Origin: a virus
Length of the DNA: 64,000 nt
Strand: one strand, 5' to 3'
Virus record (IMG/VR): IMGVR_UViG_3300048854_000232
Span: 192,618-256,617 of that record
The notes beneath the pieces were generated by a model. It did not search any database. It was not told the DNA's origin and saw only the letters and a list, made by a program, of their open reading frames with translations. Numbering within the stretch: position 1 is the first letter of the stretch; the number at the start of each line of letters is the position of its first letter. This document shows positions 26,749-36,835 of this stretch, in pieces. Both the position numbers and the translations under genes were made by a program.

Positions 26749-27237
26749 ATGTACGTCGTGGCTGCGTTTCCCGGGTGTGGTAAGAGCACCTTCACCAAAG
26801 CATCCCCCAGCATCAGCGACTCGGACTCCAGTCAGTTCGATAAGAGCGCCTTCCCGCAGAACTACCTGGAACACATCCAGGACCGCGTCAGCCGTCGCCT
26901 GTGCACCTTCGTCAGCAGTCACGATGTCGTCCGTAAGGCCATGGTCGCGGCGGGCATCCCGTTCGTCCTGGTTTACCCGGACATCAAGGCCAAGGACGAG
27001 TACATCAAGCGCTACATCGATCGCGCCGGTACCGGCGGTCTGATGAACGCTGATGAAACGCCCTTCGCCAACCTCATGGCCAAGAACTGGGACGACTGGG
27101 TCGGTCAGTGTATGGAGCAGAAGGACTGCATGCGCATCCAGCTGGCTCCCGGACAGTTCCTCGCCTCGGTGATCGGCTTCGATGGCCGCGAGTTCTTCAT
27201 CAAGACCGGCGACGTGGTCGGCGGTATCAATCCGTAA
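26749..27237 (+). CDS. small P-loop NTPase/kinase-like protein
   Basis: AAFPGCGKS Walker A; DSDSS; FPQNY. Confidence 0.75.
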   Translation: MYVVAAFPGCGKSTFTKASPSISDSDSSQFDKSAFPQNYLEHIQDRVSRRLCTFVSSHDVVRKAMVAAGIPFVLVYPDIKAKDEYIKRYIDRAGTGGLMNADETPFANLMAKNWDDWVGQCMEQKDCMRIQLAPGQFLASVIGFDGREFFIKTGDVVGGINP

Positions 27238-27246
27238 GGGTACTTC

Positions 27247-27582
27247 ATGAACAAGGACCAGAAGGTCTTCAAAGACATCGTGCCGGGCGTTTCGCTCGAG
27301 CGCATCCCCGAGGGCGTTCCTCTGATGCAAGCCACGGTCCAGCTCCGTGGCGTGGGTGGTATCGATCTGTACTTCGTGATGGTGGTCGATTCGATCCCCA
27401 AGTTCGCTGACGACTTCGCCGACGAAGCCTACCGGGATAACTTCCTGGTCAAGCTCAACGAAACGGTCGGCGGCAAAGACCTGACCGAGCGGGTGAGGTA
27501 CATCAACTTCATCGGCCATGACGACCTGGCTACCGCCGTGCGTCTGCGCCTGGGCACCAACATGTTCGTGGTCTGCCAGTAA
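27247..27582 (+). CDS. hypothetical protein
   Basis: ORF followed by a terminator. Confidence 0.7.
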   Translation: MNKDQKVFKDIVPGVSLERIPEGVPLMQATVQLRGVGGIDLYFVMVVDSIPKFADDFADEAYRDNFLVKLNETVGGKDLTERVRYINFIGHDDLATAVRLRLGTNMFVVCQ

Positions 27583-27643
27583 CCTTTCGACAAGCCCCGC
27601 CGTTTGGCGGGGTTTTTGTCCGCAACCGTAAGGAGCACTTCCC

Positions 27644-28012
27644 TTGCCCAGTATTCTTGACCGTCGGGCTCCTCGCGTCAACCTCAAAGAGTTGGAACAG
27701 GAGATCTACGAGATCGAGAGGGTCCGCGTGATCTTCTTGGCCGAACCCGATTATCAACCGTACTACTACGCCCGTTACGCCGAACGCTTTCCGTTACCGC
27801 TGGACCTAGCCGTTAAGAGGCCCATGGTTCGCGACTTTATCAACCGGGTCAACGAGCTCACCGCTCCGCACCCATGCAAGTTCCAGATTGTCTACCAAGA
27901 CAGTACGGGGCAAATCCTGGTTAGCCGGGGTCTGTTCCGATCCAAGGAATCGCGCCTGCGCGGCCTGGATCACCTGGACCTCATTCGTCTTAACCAATCG
28001 ATCATGCCTTAA
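27644..28012 (+). CDS. hypothetical protein, paralogue of 26286..26678
   Basis: Shared motifs; SD AAGGAG before TTG. Confidence 0.7.
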   Translation: MPSILDRRAPRVNLKELEQEIYEIERVRVIFLAEPDYQPYYYARYAERFPLPLDLAVKRPMVRDFINRVNELTAPHPCKFQIVYQDSTGQILVSRGLFRSKESRLRGLDHLDLIRLNQSIMP

Positions 28013-28025
28013 GGGGGACAGATCA

Positions 28026-28529
28026 ATGCACGCACAAACCAATGTCAAGTACACTACGGTCCTGGGTGACCGGCTCCAGCGCGCCTGGCGCGGCCTCAGA
28101 AGCGATGAAGTCATCAACCTCGTGAAGGCCTTGATGGCCTCCCAGGAAGCCCGTCACGAGCTGTTCGTGGCCACCCAGGGTCGTCGTATCCAGTCCATGG
28201 ACTACGACTGGAAGGTGGAAGAGCGCCCGCACAACTGGGAGCCGCTCACGGCCGATAAGAACGGCTGGTTCTTCCTGAAGGCCATCGGTGCCTGGCTGGT
28301 CGAACACGGTCACGTGACCAAAGCACAGGACGTCGTCGGCGCCCAGGTCTTGTGCAGCGCGATCGACAAGCTCCTGGCTAACCAGATCCCGGTCTACTAC
28401 ACCCCGGCCAAAGACGACCAGCCGCCGAAGTTCTGGTTCAACGTCTACTATACCGCGGACGGCCAAACGGCCTGCGTCACCGTGGCGGTCAAAGCACTTA
28501 ATCCCGTGGCTACCGAGGAACTGGCATGA
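28026..28529 (+). CDS. hypothetical protein
   Basis: SD GGGGA. Confidence 0.7.
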   Translation: MHAQTNVKYTTVLGDRLQRAWRGLRSDEVINLVKALMASQEARHELFVATQGRRIQSMDYDWKVEERPHNWEPLTADKNGWFFLKAIGAWLVEHGHVTKAQDVVGAQVLCSAIDKLLANQIPVYYTPAKDDQPPKFWFNVYYTADGQTACVTVAVKALNPVATEELA

Positions 28530-28864
28530 CCGAGATCACCAAACCGACGATCGTGAGTCCGCCACCGGATCTGGTGGTGCGTTACGTGGCCTCCGAGCAG
28601 GACCCCAAGCGCTTCACCTACATCGCCTTGCCCACGGTGGAGGGCGAGTACGGCGCCGAGTTCCTGCAGACGGCACGATTGGTCGAAGTCCTCGAGGACG
28701 TGCGCAAGACACTTCGCGCGGCGTATCCGACTCGACAGATCTACGATGTCGAATTCCGCAAGGACAGTGCGTACGGTCAGGCCATGGATAACGTCGGCAA
28801 GAGCCGTGTGTTCTCCTACCACGGCGACGGCACGTGGACATCGCCCATTAAGGAATCGCCATGA
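28526..28864 (+). CDS. hypothetical protein
   Basis: ATGA overlap with the upstream gene. Confidence 0.7.
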   Translation: MTEITKPTIVSPPPDLVVRYVASEQDPKRFTYIALPTVEGEYGAEFLQTARLVEVLEDVRKTLRAAYPTRQIYDVEFRKDSAYGQAMDNVGKSRVFSYHGDGTWTSPIKESP

Positions 28865-29271
28865 GCTTGGACTTTCGCATTATCACCCCAAATCCCGATC
28901 TCTACGTGACGTTGGAATACACCGACCGCACCAAGCGTAGCGGGATGGGCCCGGATCACACGCTACACCTGAGCCTGCCCGGCGACATGGATCGCATGCG
29001 TGAGCTCTTCAAGGATGCACAGGCCACACACGACACCTTGAACAGTCTGCGTGACCAGCTCCTGGAAATCCACCCCGAGGAAGAGATCGCGATCGTCGGG
29101 TTTGCGATGAACAGTCGGTTGATCGATCTGGTACCGGATAGGACCATTGCGAACAACGTCTACTTCGTCAACTACGGCAACCGGAGTTGGTCGGCGGAAT
29201 CGACGACGCACGAGTACCATCTCGAGTTCACCGCGGTGAATGATCTCGTGACGGGTGAAGAATCACAGTAA
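28861..29271 (+). CDS. hypothetical protein
   Basis: ATGA overlap; weak similarity to 28526..28864. Confidence 0.7.
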   Translation: MSLDFRIITPNPDLYVTLEYTDRTKRSGMGPDHTLHLSLPGDMDRMRELFKDAQATHDTLNSLRDQLLEIHPEEEIAIVGFAMNSRLIDLVPDRTIANNVYFVNYGNRSWSAESTTHEYHLEFTAVNDLVTGEESQ

Positions 29272-29321
29272 CGTCATAAAGCCCCTCCCACCCCTCTGAC
29301 GGGTGGGAGGGTGCTATGCCG
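29272..29321. terminator. bidirectional hairpin-TATGCCG element
   Basis: CGTCATAAAG-CCCCTCCCACCC...GGGTGGGAGGG-TGCTATGCCG. Confidence 0.8.
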
Positions 29322-29350
29322 CACTTTTCGTTTGGCTTGACGAGCTGAAA

Positions 29351-30361
29351 TTAGAAAGCTTGGTCGAAAGACACTTCACCCTGCACGCCGACCTGGTAGG
29401 ACGACACACGACGTTCGAAGAAGTTGGTCACTTCCTGGACGTCCTGCAGATCCATAAAGTCGAACGGATTCTTGACGCCGTACTTCTTCGGGTACTTCAG
29501 ACGAGCCAGGCGCTGGTCGGCGCAGTACTGCAGGTACTGACGCATGTCCGGCACCGACATCCCGGCGATACCGCCCGAGAGTACGTCCGAGGCGAACATC
29601 GTCTCGCAGTCGATCGCATCGGAAAGCATCTGCTCAACCTGGCCCTGGAGCTCAGCATCGAACAGGTCCGGTTCCTGCTCGCGCACCACGTTGATCACCT
29701 CGAAGGCGAACTCCATGTGGCAGGACTCATCACGGAACACCCAGTTGGTACCTGAGGCCAGGCCATGCAGCAGGCCGCGCGAGCGCAGGAAGTACACGTA
29801 GGCGAACGCGCCGAAGAAGAACAGACCTTCGATGCACGTGGCAAAGCAGATCAGGTTCAGCAGGAACTGGCGACGCTCGGCCTTGGTGTCCAGCGACTTC
29901 AGGCTCTGGATCGAATCGATCCACTTGAAGCAAAACTCGCCCTTGGCATGGATCGAGGGGATGTTGTCGATCGCCGAGAACGCCTTGGTCCGCTCTTCCT
30001 CGTCCGGGATATACGTATCCAGCAGGGTGAGGTAGAACTGGATGTGCAGCGCTTCCTCATACAGCTGACGGGACAGGTACATCCGTGCTTCGGGCGAGTT
30101 GATGTGCTGATACAGGTTCAACACCAGGTTGTTCGACACGATCGTGTCACCGGTGGCGAAGAACGCAACCAGGCGATGGATCAGGTGACGCTCCGGGGCA
30201 TTCATCTTCGAATGCAGATCCGTCAGGTCCGGGACGAAATCCACCTCGTCCACCGTCCAGGTGTTCTTGATCGCGTTCTTGTACATGTCGAAGAACTGCG
30301 GGTACTGCATCGGACGGAGCGTCAGCTCAAAGCCGGGGTCGAGGATAAGCTTATCAGTCAT
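29351..30361 (-). CDS. nrdB: ribonucleotide reductase class Ia beta subunit
   Basis: FFATGD, EEALH..FY, IEG.FF and RDESCH metal ligands with the radical Tyr; NFFERRV. Confidence 0.95.
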   Translation of the reverse strand: MTDKLILDPGFELTLRPMQYPQFFDMYKNAIKNTWTVDEVDFVPDLTDLHSKMNAPERHLIHRLVAFFATGDTIVSNNLVLNLYQHINSPEARMYLSRQLYEEALHIQFYLTLLDTYIPDEEERTKAFSAIDNIPSIHAKGEFCFKWIDSIQSLKSLDTKAERRQFLLNLICFATCIEGLFFFGAFAYVYFLRSRGLLHGLASGTNWVFRDESCHMEFAFEVINVVREQEPDLFDAELQGQVEQMLSDAIDCETMFASDVLSGGIAGMSVPDMRQYLQYCADQRLARLKYPKKYGVKNPFDFMDLQDVQEVTNFFERRVSSYQVGVQGEVSFDQAF

Positions 30362-30436
30362 GGGTTAGGCGTTTTCTGGTATGGGGGTAAAGTCAGGGGA
30401 GGTTTCCCTCCCCTGACGCGATGGGTTATTAGGGTG

Positions 30437-31210
30437 CTAATTTTTGGGACGGCCCGTAATTCCAGGAATCGGAACGACTCCCAGCGCATCGATGGCTATG
30501 GCGACCTCGGCTTTGTATGTTTTGCGCTTTATGATCCCTTCAATAACGCCAGGATCAACGCCAAGTTCGCGAGCCATAGGACCGCATCTCTCACCCGCTA
30601 CATACCGAGTAATGACCAGTTCGACTTGCTCTTGACGGAGCTTTCGGCTTCTCTGGTCTTCACCCGGCACCGGAACGTATCCAAGGTCCGCAGTCGCCCG
30701 TTCGAATTCTGCCCGATACTGCGTACCCTTGATGATTCTGGAGATGGCGCTGTCGTCCACGCCATGCTGGCGTCCCAATGAACCACAGTTGTCTCCGGCG
30801 ACGTATCCCCGAATCACTTCTTTCACTTGTTCTTCGGAGAGTTTTGCGCTGGAATTCAAAACGCCAGGCGCTAATGCCTGGCGTTTCTTCAGCACCTGCC
30901 ACGAGTGCCGTACGTTGTCCTGATGGCTGATCAACTCAAGATTTTCGAAAGCGGGGTTCCGCGTATCTCCATCCTTGTGGTTGAGCTCCACACCGTCACC
31001 ACCGGTCCGCTGGTAGGCGGGCAGCGACTCGCCGCTAACGCACTCGTAGACTATACGGTGGGTCTGGTGAAGTCGATTGTCATCACGAATGTATACTTGA
31101 GGATAGTCGATGTTACTACCCTTCAACTGCTTTCCGTGTGAGAAGACCTCACCTGTGCGTGTTGCCTCCACTCCAGGAAAGCGTGGGTGTGGATACCGTT
31201 CATCAGGCAT
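30437..31210 (-). CDS. free-standing HNH homing endonuclease with HTH repeats
   Basis: HRIVYE..NHKDGD..N...NLELISHQDN; two C-terminal KL.E.QV helix-turn-helix repeats; lower GC than its flanks. Confidence 0.85.
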   Translation of the reverse strand: MPDERYPHPRFPGVEATRTGEVFSHGKQLKGSNIDYPQVYIRDDNRLHQTHRIVYECVSGESLPAYQRTGGDGVELNHKDGDTRNPAFENLELISHQDNVRHSWQVLKKRQALAPGVLNSSAKLSEEQVKEVIRGYVAGDNCGSLGRQHGVDDSAISRIIKGTQYRAEFERATADLGYVPVPGEDQRSRKLRQEQVELVITRYVAGERCGPMARELGVDPGVIEGIIKRKTYKAEVAIAIDALGVVPIPGITGRPKN

Positions 31211-31219
31211 GGTTACTCC

Positions 31220-33724
31220 TTAACTGCAGGCCTCACAGGCTTCCGGGTTCTCCAGCGAGCAGAACACGGCCTCTTCGGCGGTGTACTCCTTGACCGGCTC
31301 GGCAGCCACCGGCGCAACCACAGCTTCCGTGGCCGAGACCGTCGTCTTGGCAATACGGGTCGCCGGACGGCTACGCAGGTAATAGGTCGTCTTGACCCCT
31401 TCCTTCCAGGCGTACATGTACATCGAGGAGAGCTGCCCGTAGTTCGGGTTCTCCATGAACAGGTTGAGCGACTGGGACTGATCGATGAACGCACCACGGC
31501 CGACGGCCAGATCGACCAGGACCTTCTGCGACAGTTCCCACACGGTACGGTAGCGCAGACGCACTTCAGCCGGGATGGCCTCGATGCCCTGGACCGAACC
31601 TTCGGCCAGCTTGATCTGATCGCGGATTTCCTGCGTCCACAGGCCCAGCGACTTCAGCTCATTGACCAGGTAGCGGTTGATCACCAGGAAGTCACCCGAG
31701 AGCGTCTCGCGCTTGAACAGATTCGACACCTGCGGCTCGATGCACTCGTAGCAGCCCACGATCGAGGCAATCGTCGCCGTCGGCGCGATGGCGATCATGA
31801 GCGAGTTACGCAGACCGGAGTCCTTGATCGTGGCACGCAGCGCGTTCCAGTCGTCTTCGGCGATCGTGCGGACCGACTTGGGCCAATGATCGAACTGCAG
31901 GTCGCCCTGGGCAGCGCGGGTATCGGCGAAGTTCGGATGCGGACCTTCGACCACAGCCAGCTCGTTGGAGGTCTTCAGCGCGTGGAAGTAGATGTTCTCC
32001 GAGATCGCATCGGAAAGCTGCTTGGCACGCGGATCATCGAAGCTGTAGCCCAGCTTGAAGAACACGTCCTGTAGACCCATCAGGCCCAGACCCACCGGGC
32101 GCCACTTCAGGTTCGAGGACTTGGCCGACTCGATCGGGTAGAAGTTCAGGTCGATCACGCGGTTCAGCTGCCGCACGGCCGTCCGCACCGTGGTGGCGAG
32201 CTTGTCGAAGTCGAACGTCCACATGTCCTTGCTCGGATCCTGCTGAGCCGTACCCACACGCACGACATGACGGGACAGGTTAATCGAACCCAGGTTGCAC
32301 ACCGCCGACTCGCCCTCCGAGGTCACTTCCAGGATCTCGGTGCACAGGTTGGACAGGTGGATCACGTTGCCGGGCTTGGCCGTCTGGTTGGAGGTCAGGT
32401 TGCAGCGGTCCTTGAAGGTCATCCAGCCGTTGCCGGTTTCGGCCAGCGTCTTCAGTAAACGCATCCACAGCGTGCGGGCCGGGACCTGCTTGACGAACTG
32501 ACCAGCGGCCTCAGCGGCCAGGTACGCGGCTTCGAACTCCGGACCGAACAGGTCGTTCAGCTGCGGCACGACCTTCGGATCGAAGAGCGACCACACGCCG
32601 TCAGCATCGACACGACGCATGAACTCATCCGGCACCCAGTTGGCGAGGTTGAGGTTGTGCGTACGACGGGCGCTGTCACCGGTGTTGTCACGCAGCTCGA
32701 GGAACTCCTCGATGTCCGCATGCCAGGTTTCCAGGTAGACCGCTGCCGCGCCTTTGCGCTTGCCGCCCTGGTTCACCGCCTGCACGGAGGAGTCCAGGGT
32801 CTTCAGCCAGGGCACGATGCCGTTGGAGTGGCCGTTGGTACCCTTGATGTGCGAACCACGGGCACGGATACGATTGAACGAGACGCCGATGCCGCCGGCA
32901 AACTTGGAGAGCTGGGCGATGTCGCCGTACTTGGTGTAGATCGCGCCCAGGTCGTCCTGGGGCGAATCCAGCAAGAAGCACGAGGACAGCTGCTCGTGGG
33001 TCGTGCCGGCATTGAAGAGGGTGGGCGAGGACGTGAAATAGTCCAGGTTCGACAGGCGGGTGTAGAGCTCGAGGGTTTCGGCGATATCACCGCCGCCCAG
33101 GGCGCAGGCCACGCGCATGCAGAAGTACTGCGGGGTTTCGATGACCGAACGCTTGGTCGGGTGCTTCAGCAGGTAACGATCGTAGACCGTGCGCAGACCG
33201 AAGTACTCGAAGAGGTTGTTGCGGGACAGATCGATCGCGGCGTTGAGCTTGCGGTCGTACAGGGTCACAAAGGCGAGGACGCGGTCGTTGACCAGGCCCA
33301 CGGCGTGGCCCAGCTGGATCGACTGGCTGAACGACTGCACGTTCTGCTGGCTGACTTCCTTTTCGATGAGTTCTGCCAAGAGGCGGGCGGCGAGCATACC
33401 GTACTCGGGTTCTTCGGCCGTCAGGGCCGCGGCGGTACGGATGGAGAGCTGGTCGAGCTCGAGGGTGGTGGCGCCACTGTACAGGCCGCCAATCGTCTTC
33501 TGTGCCACGCGCATGGCGTCGACGTAGGTCAGACCGCCGGTGCAGCGGGAGATGGCGCGCACGATCTTGTTGACATCAACGACTTCACGGGAACCGTTAC
33601 GCTTGGTGACATACATCTGGCCGGCGGTGGTGTCGGCCGTGCTCACCGGGCTCTCGTAGGAGGAAACTCCGTCGCCTGCGATCAGTTCATTCGATTCGAG
33701 GCTGTCGGTCATCGTGGTGGTCAT
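31220..33724 (-). CDS. nrdA: ribonucleotide reductase class Ia alpha subunit
   Basis: ATP cone (VTKRNG); SPTLFNAG; SSCFL; SNLCTEI; VCNLGS; APTAT; TTYYLR; C-terminal CEAC. Confidence 0.97.
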   Translation of the reverse strand: MTTTMTDSLESNELIAGDGVSSYESPVSTADTTAGQMYVTKRNGSREVVDVNKIVRAISRCTGGLTYVDAMRVAQKTIGGLYSGATTLELDQLSIRTAAALTAEEPEYGMLAARLLAELIEKEVSQQNVQSFSQSIQLGHAVGLVNDRVLAFVTLYDRKLNAAIDLSRNNLFEYFGLRTVYDRYLLKHPTKRSVIETPQYFCMRVACALGGGDIAETLELYTRLSNLDYFTSSPTLFNAGTTHEQLSSCFLLDSPQDDLGAIYTKYGDIAQLSKFAGGIGVSFNRIRARGSHIKGTNGHSNGIVPWLKTLDSSVQAVNQGGKRKGAAAVYLETWHADIEEFLELRDNTGDSARRTHNLNLANWVPDEFMRRVDADGVWSLFDPKVVPQLNDLFGPEFEAAYLAAEAAGQFVKQVPARTLWMRLLKTLAETGNGWMTFKDRCNLTSNQTAKPGNVIHLSNLCTEILEVTSEGESAVCNLGSINLSRHVVRVGTAQQDPSKDMWTFDFDKLATTVRTAVRQLNRVIDLNFYPIESAKSSNLKWRPVGLGLMGLQDVFFKLGYSFDDPRAKQLSDAISENIYFHALKTSNELAVVEGPHPNFADTRAAQGDLQFDHWPKSVRTIAEDDWNALRATIKDSGLRNSLMIAIAPTATIASIVGCYECIEPQVSNLFKRETLSGDFLVINRYLVNELKSLGLWTQEIRDQIKLAEGSVQGIEAIPAEVRLRYRTVWELSQKVLVDLAVGRGAFIDQSQSLNLFMENPNYGQLSSMYMYAWKEGVKTTYYLRSRPATRIAKTTVSATEAVVAPVAAEPVKEYTAEEAVFCSLENPEACEACS

Positions 33725-34073
33725 TGCAAAGGTGTCCTTGAAGAGAAACGTACCCCATCGTCTCGGCAGACGCTAGGGCGGAGAAAGTGGTGTTGGGGCA
33801 AAAGCGGTGTCGATATGAAGAGCCCGAGTGTTAGATTTTTCGAGGGCTTGATTTCTCCATTCGCATAGCATTGGCATGATGTGGAAAAGTATTTGGTGAC
33901 CCCCCTATCTCCACCGGGGTTTTGGGTCAAGGGCATAAAAACCCCGGTAAACACCGGGTTTTTCGTTCCAAACGCAAGAAATTACCGATGAACATAGGGG
34001 GTGGCAGGACCCGATAAAAAGTGACACGGGTAGGCTATCTCATGTAAAGGTACATCCGGAAAGGCAAAGGACA

Positions 34074-34301
34074 ATGGCTATTAGTAAGACCAAGCGTTTG
34101 GGCCCACTGCTCAACGTGTTCAAGGTCTGTGAGTTGGCAGGGATTAGCATGGACGAGTTACAGGGCCTTCGAATCGCAGGACGATTCCCTTGGCCGGATG
34201 TAAGCGTTTGTGGCACCCAATCGAAGTGGTATCGCTCCACGATCGATTTGTGGAAATTCAATCGACGTATGGCTCAACAACAAGTAGAGGTTGAAGTGTG
34301 A
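34074..34301 (+). CDS. AlpA/excisionase-like HTH protein
   Basis: VCELAGIS....L..AGRFPWP.....SKW..S.ID.W pattern. Confidence 0.6.
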   Translation: MAISKTKRLGPLLNVFKVCELAGISMDELQGLRIAGRFPWPDVSVCGTQSKWYRSTIDLWKFNRRMAQQQVEVEV

Positions 34302-34744
34302 TGGTCGCCTTGGCTGTGAAAGACTGTTTGGTCCCGGGGGCAACGATTGCCCCCTGGCAGGAGAGACTCTTGAGCCGGATGCTGAACCGGGATGTGGTGG
34401 GCGAGGATGTCACCACTGTGATGGCCATCCCGCGCACGTACGTCAGGCGCCCGCGCATCTTCCCGCTGCGCCAGATTGTCCAGATGGCCCAGACCTCCAA
34501 GGACCTCATGGCCCTGGATCACCTGACCTTGCAGGCCGCGATCATGCAGATCGACCTCGGGCTGGTGCCGCCTCGCGCTTCTGTCACCATCCTTCGACCA
34601 CGGCGGACGGGCCAGACTTACGCCCTTTTCCTGGAACGAAGCCGCTGCACCCTCCTTCGGGAGAGTCTACAACAGCGCCGCATCGCTGCGCTGCGTGGTA
34701 AGTACGTCCAACACCACAAGCACAAACAAAGGAAGTGCCCATGA
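34298..34744 (+). CDS. hypothetical protein with RGKYVxHHK tail
   Basis: C-terminus shares 20 identical nt with 25320..25589. Confidence 0.6.
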   Translation: MMVALAVKDCLVPGATIAPWQERLLSRMLNRDVVGEDVTTVMAIPRTYVRRPRIFPLRQIVQMAQTSKDLMALDHLTLQAAIMQIDLGLVPPRASVTILRPRRTGQTYALFLERSRCTLLRESLQQRRIAALRGKYVQHHKHKQRKCP

Positions 34745-35163
34745 GTGAGCTGGCCCAGATCCTGGGGTGCCTTGATGCCCAGGACCTTGTAGACACCGTC
34801 CTGCGCTTGCAGGAGGAAACCCTGGCCATCCATGCACCACGCGACAAACGGGTCCTGACGATCGATGTAGACGTCGTCCGGGGTCCGTTGTCCGGCCACC
34901 GGCTCTCGAAGGTGACCTTGGACTTCCAATACGCAGAGAAGCTGGGTGGCTATCTGCGCACGCATCACCTGGAGGTCCTGGCCAAGTCGGTCGGGGAGGT
35001 CACCGGGATGATGGCATGGCTCAATACCCTGGTCAGTAATGGTGTGTCTGTGTACGTGCACAATCGGCCCGGCCAGGCACCGGAACTTCGGTTCCCGATC
35101 AAGGATGAAAAGGCGTACCTCGCCTTACGCATGGATCATTCCCCACCCCCTGCTCTCCACTGA
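34741..35163 (+). CDS. hypothetical protein
   Basis: ATGA overlap. Confidence 0.7.
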   Translation: MSELAQILGCLDAQDLVDTVLRLQEETLAIHAPRDKRVLTIDVDVVRGPLSGHRLSKVTLDFQYAEKLGGYLRTHHLEVLAKSVGEVTGMMAWLNTLVSNGVSVYVHNRPGQAPELRFPIKDEKAYLALRMDHSPPPALH

Positions 35164-35198
35164 TCGCCTCAGTTGTCGCAGTAACGCCGGAGGGCGTT

Positions 35199-35579
35199 AT
35201 GGTTACCTCCCATTCCCACCTGGATTTTGAGATCCTCCAAAGCGCGTTCTTCGAGCCGGGTCAAGTGATTGCCATGGGCCCTCGGGCTTATATGGAGATC
35301 GTGGCCGACATCGAACACGCCGATGGCGTTATCTTCTTAGGTCGGGTCAAGGATGACGGACCGCGTTGCGGTCCGGGTGTCCTGCTCGTGTACTTCACCT
35401 ACTACCTCCGGCTTCCGACTGTTGACATGGTCGATCACGAGGCCACCATCGCTGCCATTGACGCCATGGATGCGGAGCGGACCCAAGAGATGTCCCGGCT
35501 GGTATGCCAGGAGATCCACCGCTCCTCCTTAGCCGCTGGCATTTGTTTCAACCCCAACGTGACGTTCTTCGAACACTAA
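35199..35579 (+). CDS. hypothetical protein
   Basis: SD GGAGG. Confidence 0.7.
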   Translation: MVTSHSHLDFEILQSAFFEPGQVIAMGPRAYMEIVADIEHADGVIFLGRVKDDGPRCGPGVLLVYFTYYLRLPTVDMVDHEATIAAIDAMDAERTQEMSRLVCQEIHRSSLAAGICFNPNVTFFEH

Positions 35580-35589
35580 GGCTATTGCC

Positions 35590-36027
35590 GTGTCGCAATC
35601 TGATCTGGTCTCTCACAGCCAACGGCTGTTGTACGTCCTGGCCCGGGAAACCCCTGAAGTGGCTGGGTTTCGCTTTAGCCTGATGTACAACCACGGTCTA
35701 CTGATGGCGTCCATGGATCAGAACCTGGTCGAGTTCGAGCTGTACAGTCCACTGGCCAAGACCAAGCAGTTCATGGGCCGGCTCACCCCGCGGACCATTG
35801 CCACTACCTCGGAGGACCTTCGCCGTCAAGGCAGTTGGATCTTCCGACTGGATGAGAATGGCGAGATCTACCCGTTGCCGATCCGCGACCTGATTGGCGC
35901 GACGCGGTTTATCTTGGACCGTGAGCCACCCCGGCTGAAGCATTTTGCCCGGACCCTTTCCCCCGAGGAGCAAGTCTCCGTGGCCAACCACCTCTACCGT
36001 GCCGGTCGACCTGTCGCGGCGACCTAA
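35590..36027 (+). CDS. hypothetical protein
   Basis: In operon. Confidence 0.7.
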   Translation: MSQSDLVSHSQRLLYVLARETPEVAGFRFSLMYNHGLLMASMDQNLVEFELYSPLAKTKQFMGRLTPRTIATTSEDLRRQGSWIFRLDENGEIYPLPIRDLIGATRFILDREPPRLKHFARTLSPEEQVSVANHLYRAGRPVAAT

Positions 36028-36043
36028 TCCCAAGGACCCAGTA

Positions 36044-36592
36044 ATGACCATCAGCATGATCGTGGCGGCGGATCTTGCCAACGCCATCGGCCACAAGAAC
36101 ACGATTCCCTGGCGCAGTCGTAAGGACATGCGCAACTTCCAGACCCTGACCCTGGGTAAGACCGTGGTGATGGGGCGCAAGACGGCCGAGTCGATCGGTC
36201 GGGCCTTGCCGGGTCGGAAGAACGTGGTGCTGACCAGCCGGGATGCCGCGCCCTATCCCGAACAGACGGCCTGCCGCTCGCTGCATCAGGCGGTGCTTGC
36301 CCATGATCCCAATGAGGAGCTATGCATCATTGGCGGGGCGGAGGTCTACCGGCAGGCGCTGGAAGCCCACCTGATCGACGTGCTGCACTTTACCCGGATC
36401 CAGGGGCTGGTCGATGCCGACGCCTGGCTGCCGGAGGAACTGGGCTTCACGGGCGGTCTGGTGGAGATGATGGCTCTGAAGGCCACCACCGTCATTCACC
36501 CGCAGACCAAGGTCAAGTCGGTGGACACCCACGATGCGGTGTATTACCACGTCGATCGTCGGGTCGCCGATGGCGAGCAGGTGACGTTCTAA
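36044..36592 (+). CDS. folA: dihydrofolate reductase
   Basis: MIVAA..AIG..NTIPW..D..F..T..VVMGRKT.ESIGR.LPGR.NVVLT; IIGGAEVY. Confidence 0.95.
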   Translation: MTISMIVAADLANAIGHKNTIPWRSRKDMRNFQTLTLGKTVVMGRKTAESIGRALPGRKNVVLTSRDAAPYPEQTACRSLHQAVLAHDPNEELCIIGGAEVYRQALEAHLIDVLHFTRIQGLVDADAWLPEELGFTGGLVEMMALKATTVIHPQTKVKSVDTHDAVYYHVDRRVADGEQVTF

Positions 36593-36795
36593 TGCCGTGG
36601 CTCGATAGCATCTACATTCCCCCGGGCGAGGTCTCGCCTAACGTTCCCGAGGCCGAGCGTGAACCGCTGAAGCGTAAGCGGGCGGCACAAGCCCTGGAGA
36701 ACGGGTGCGCCACCGACGAGGACCTTCGGCTGCTGGGCGTGCAACGGATCGAAGGTACACCGCCTCGCAGACGTTCCAGCGGCATCCTGGGTTGA
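36592..36795 (+). CDS. small hypothetical protein
   Basis: TAATG coupling to folA; ends before a hairpin. Confidence 0.55.
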   Translation: MPWLDSIYIPPGEVSPNVPEAEREPLKRKRAAQALENGCATDEDLRLLGVQRIEGTPPRRRSSGILG

Positions 36796-36796
36796 C

Positions 36797-36835
36797 CCAT
36801 ACAGAGCCCCTCCGTGTGGGAGGGGCCTTATGCCG
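36797..36835. terminator. hairpin-TATGCCG element
   Basis: CCATACAGA-GCCCCTCC-GTGTG-GGAGGGGC-CTTATGCCG. Confidence 0.8.

Noticed and set aside
30362-31219. Intron or intein splitting the RNR genes
   Set aside because: nrdA ends with its C-terminal CxxC and nrdB begins normally; the HNH gene is intergenic.
33725-33930. Cobalamin riboswitch or NrdR boxes upstream of nrdA
   Set aside because: B12-box and NrdR consensus not recognisable; only weak hairpins present.
34074-34301. Prophage/integrative element implied by the AlpA-like gene
   Set aside because: No integrase, att-like repeat or host gene boundary in the window; the surrounding architecture is uniformly jumbo-phage-like.
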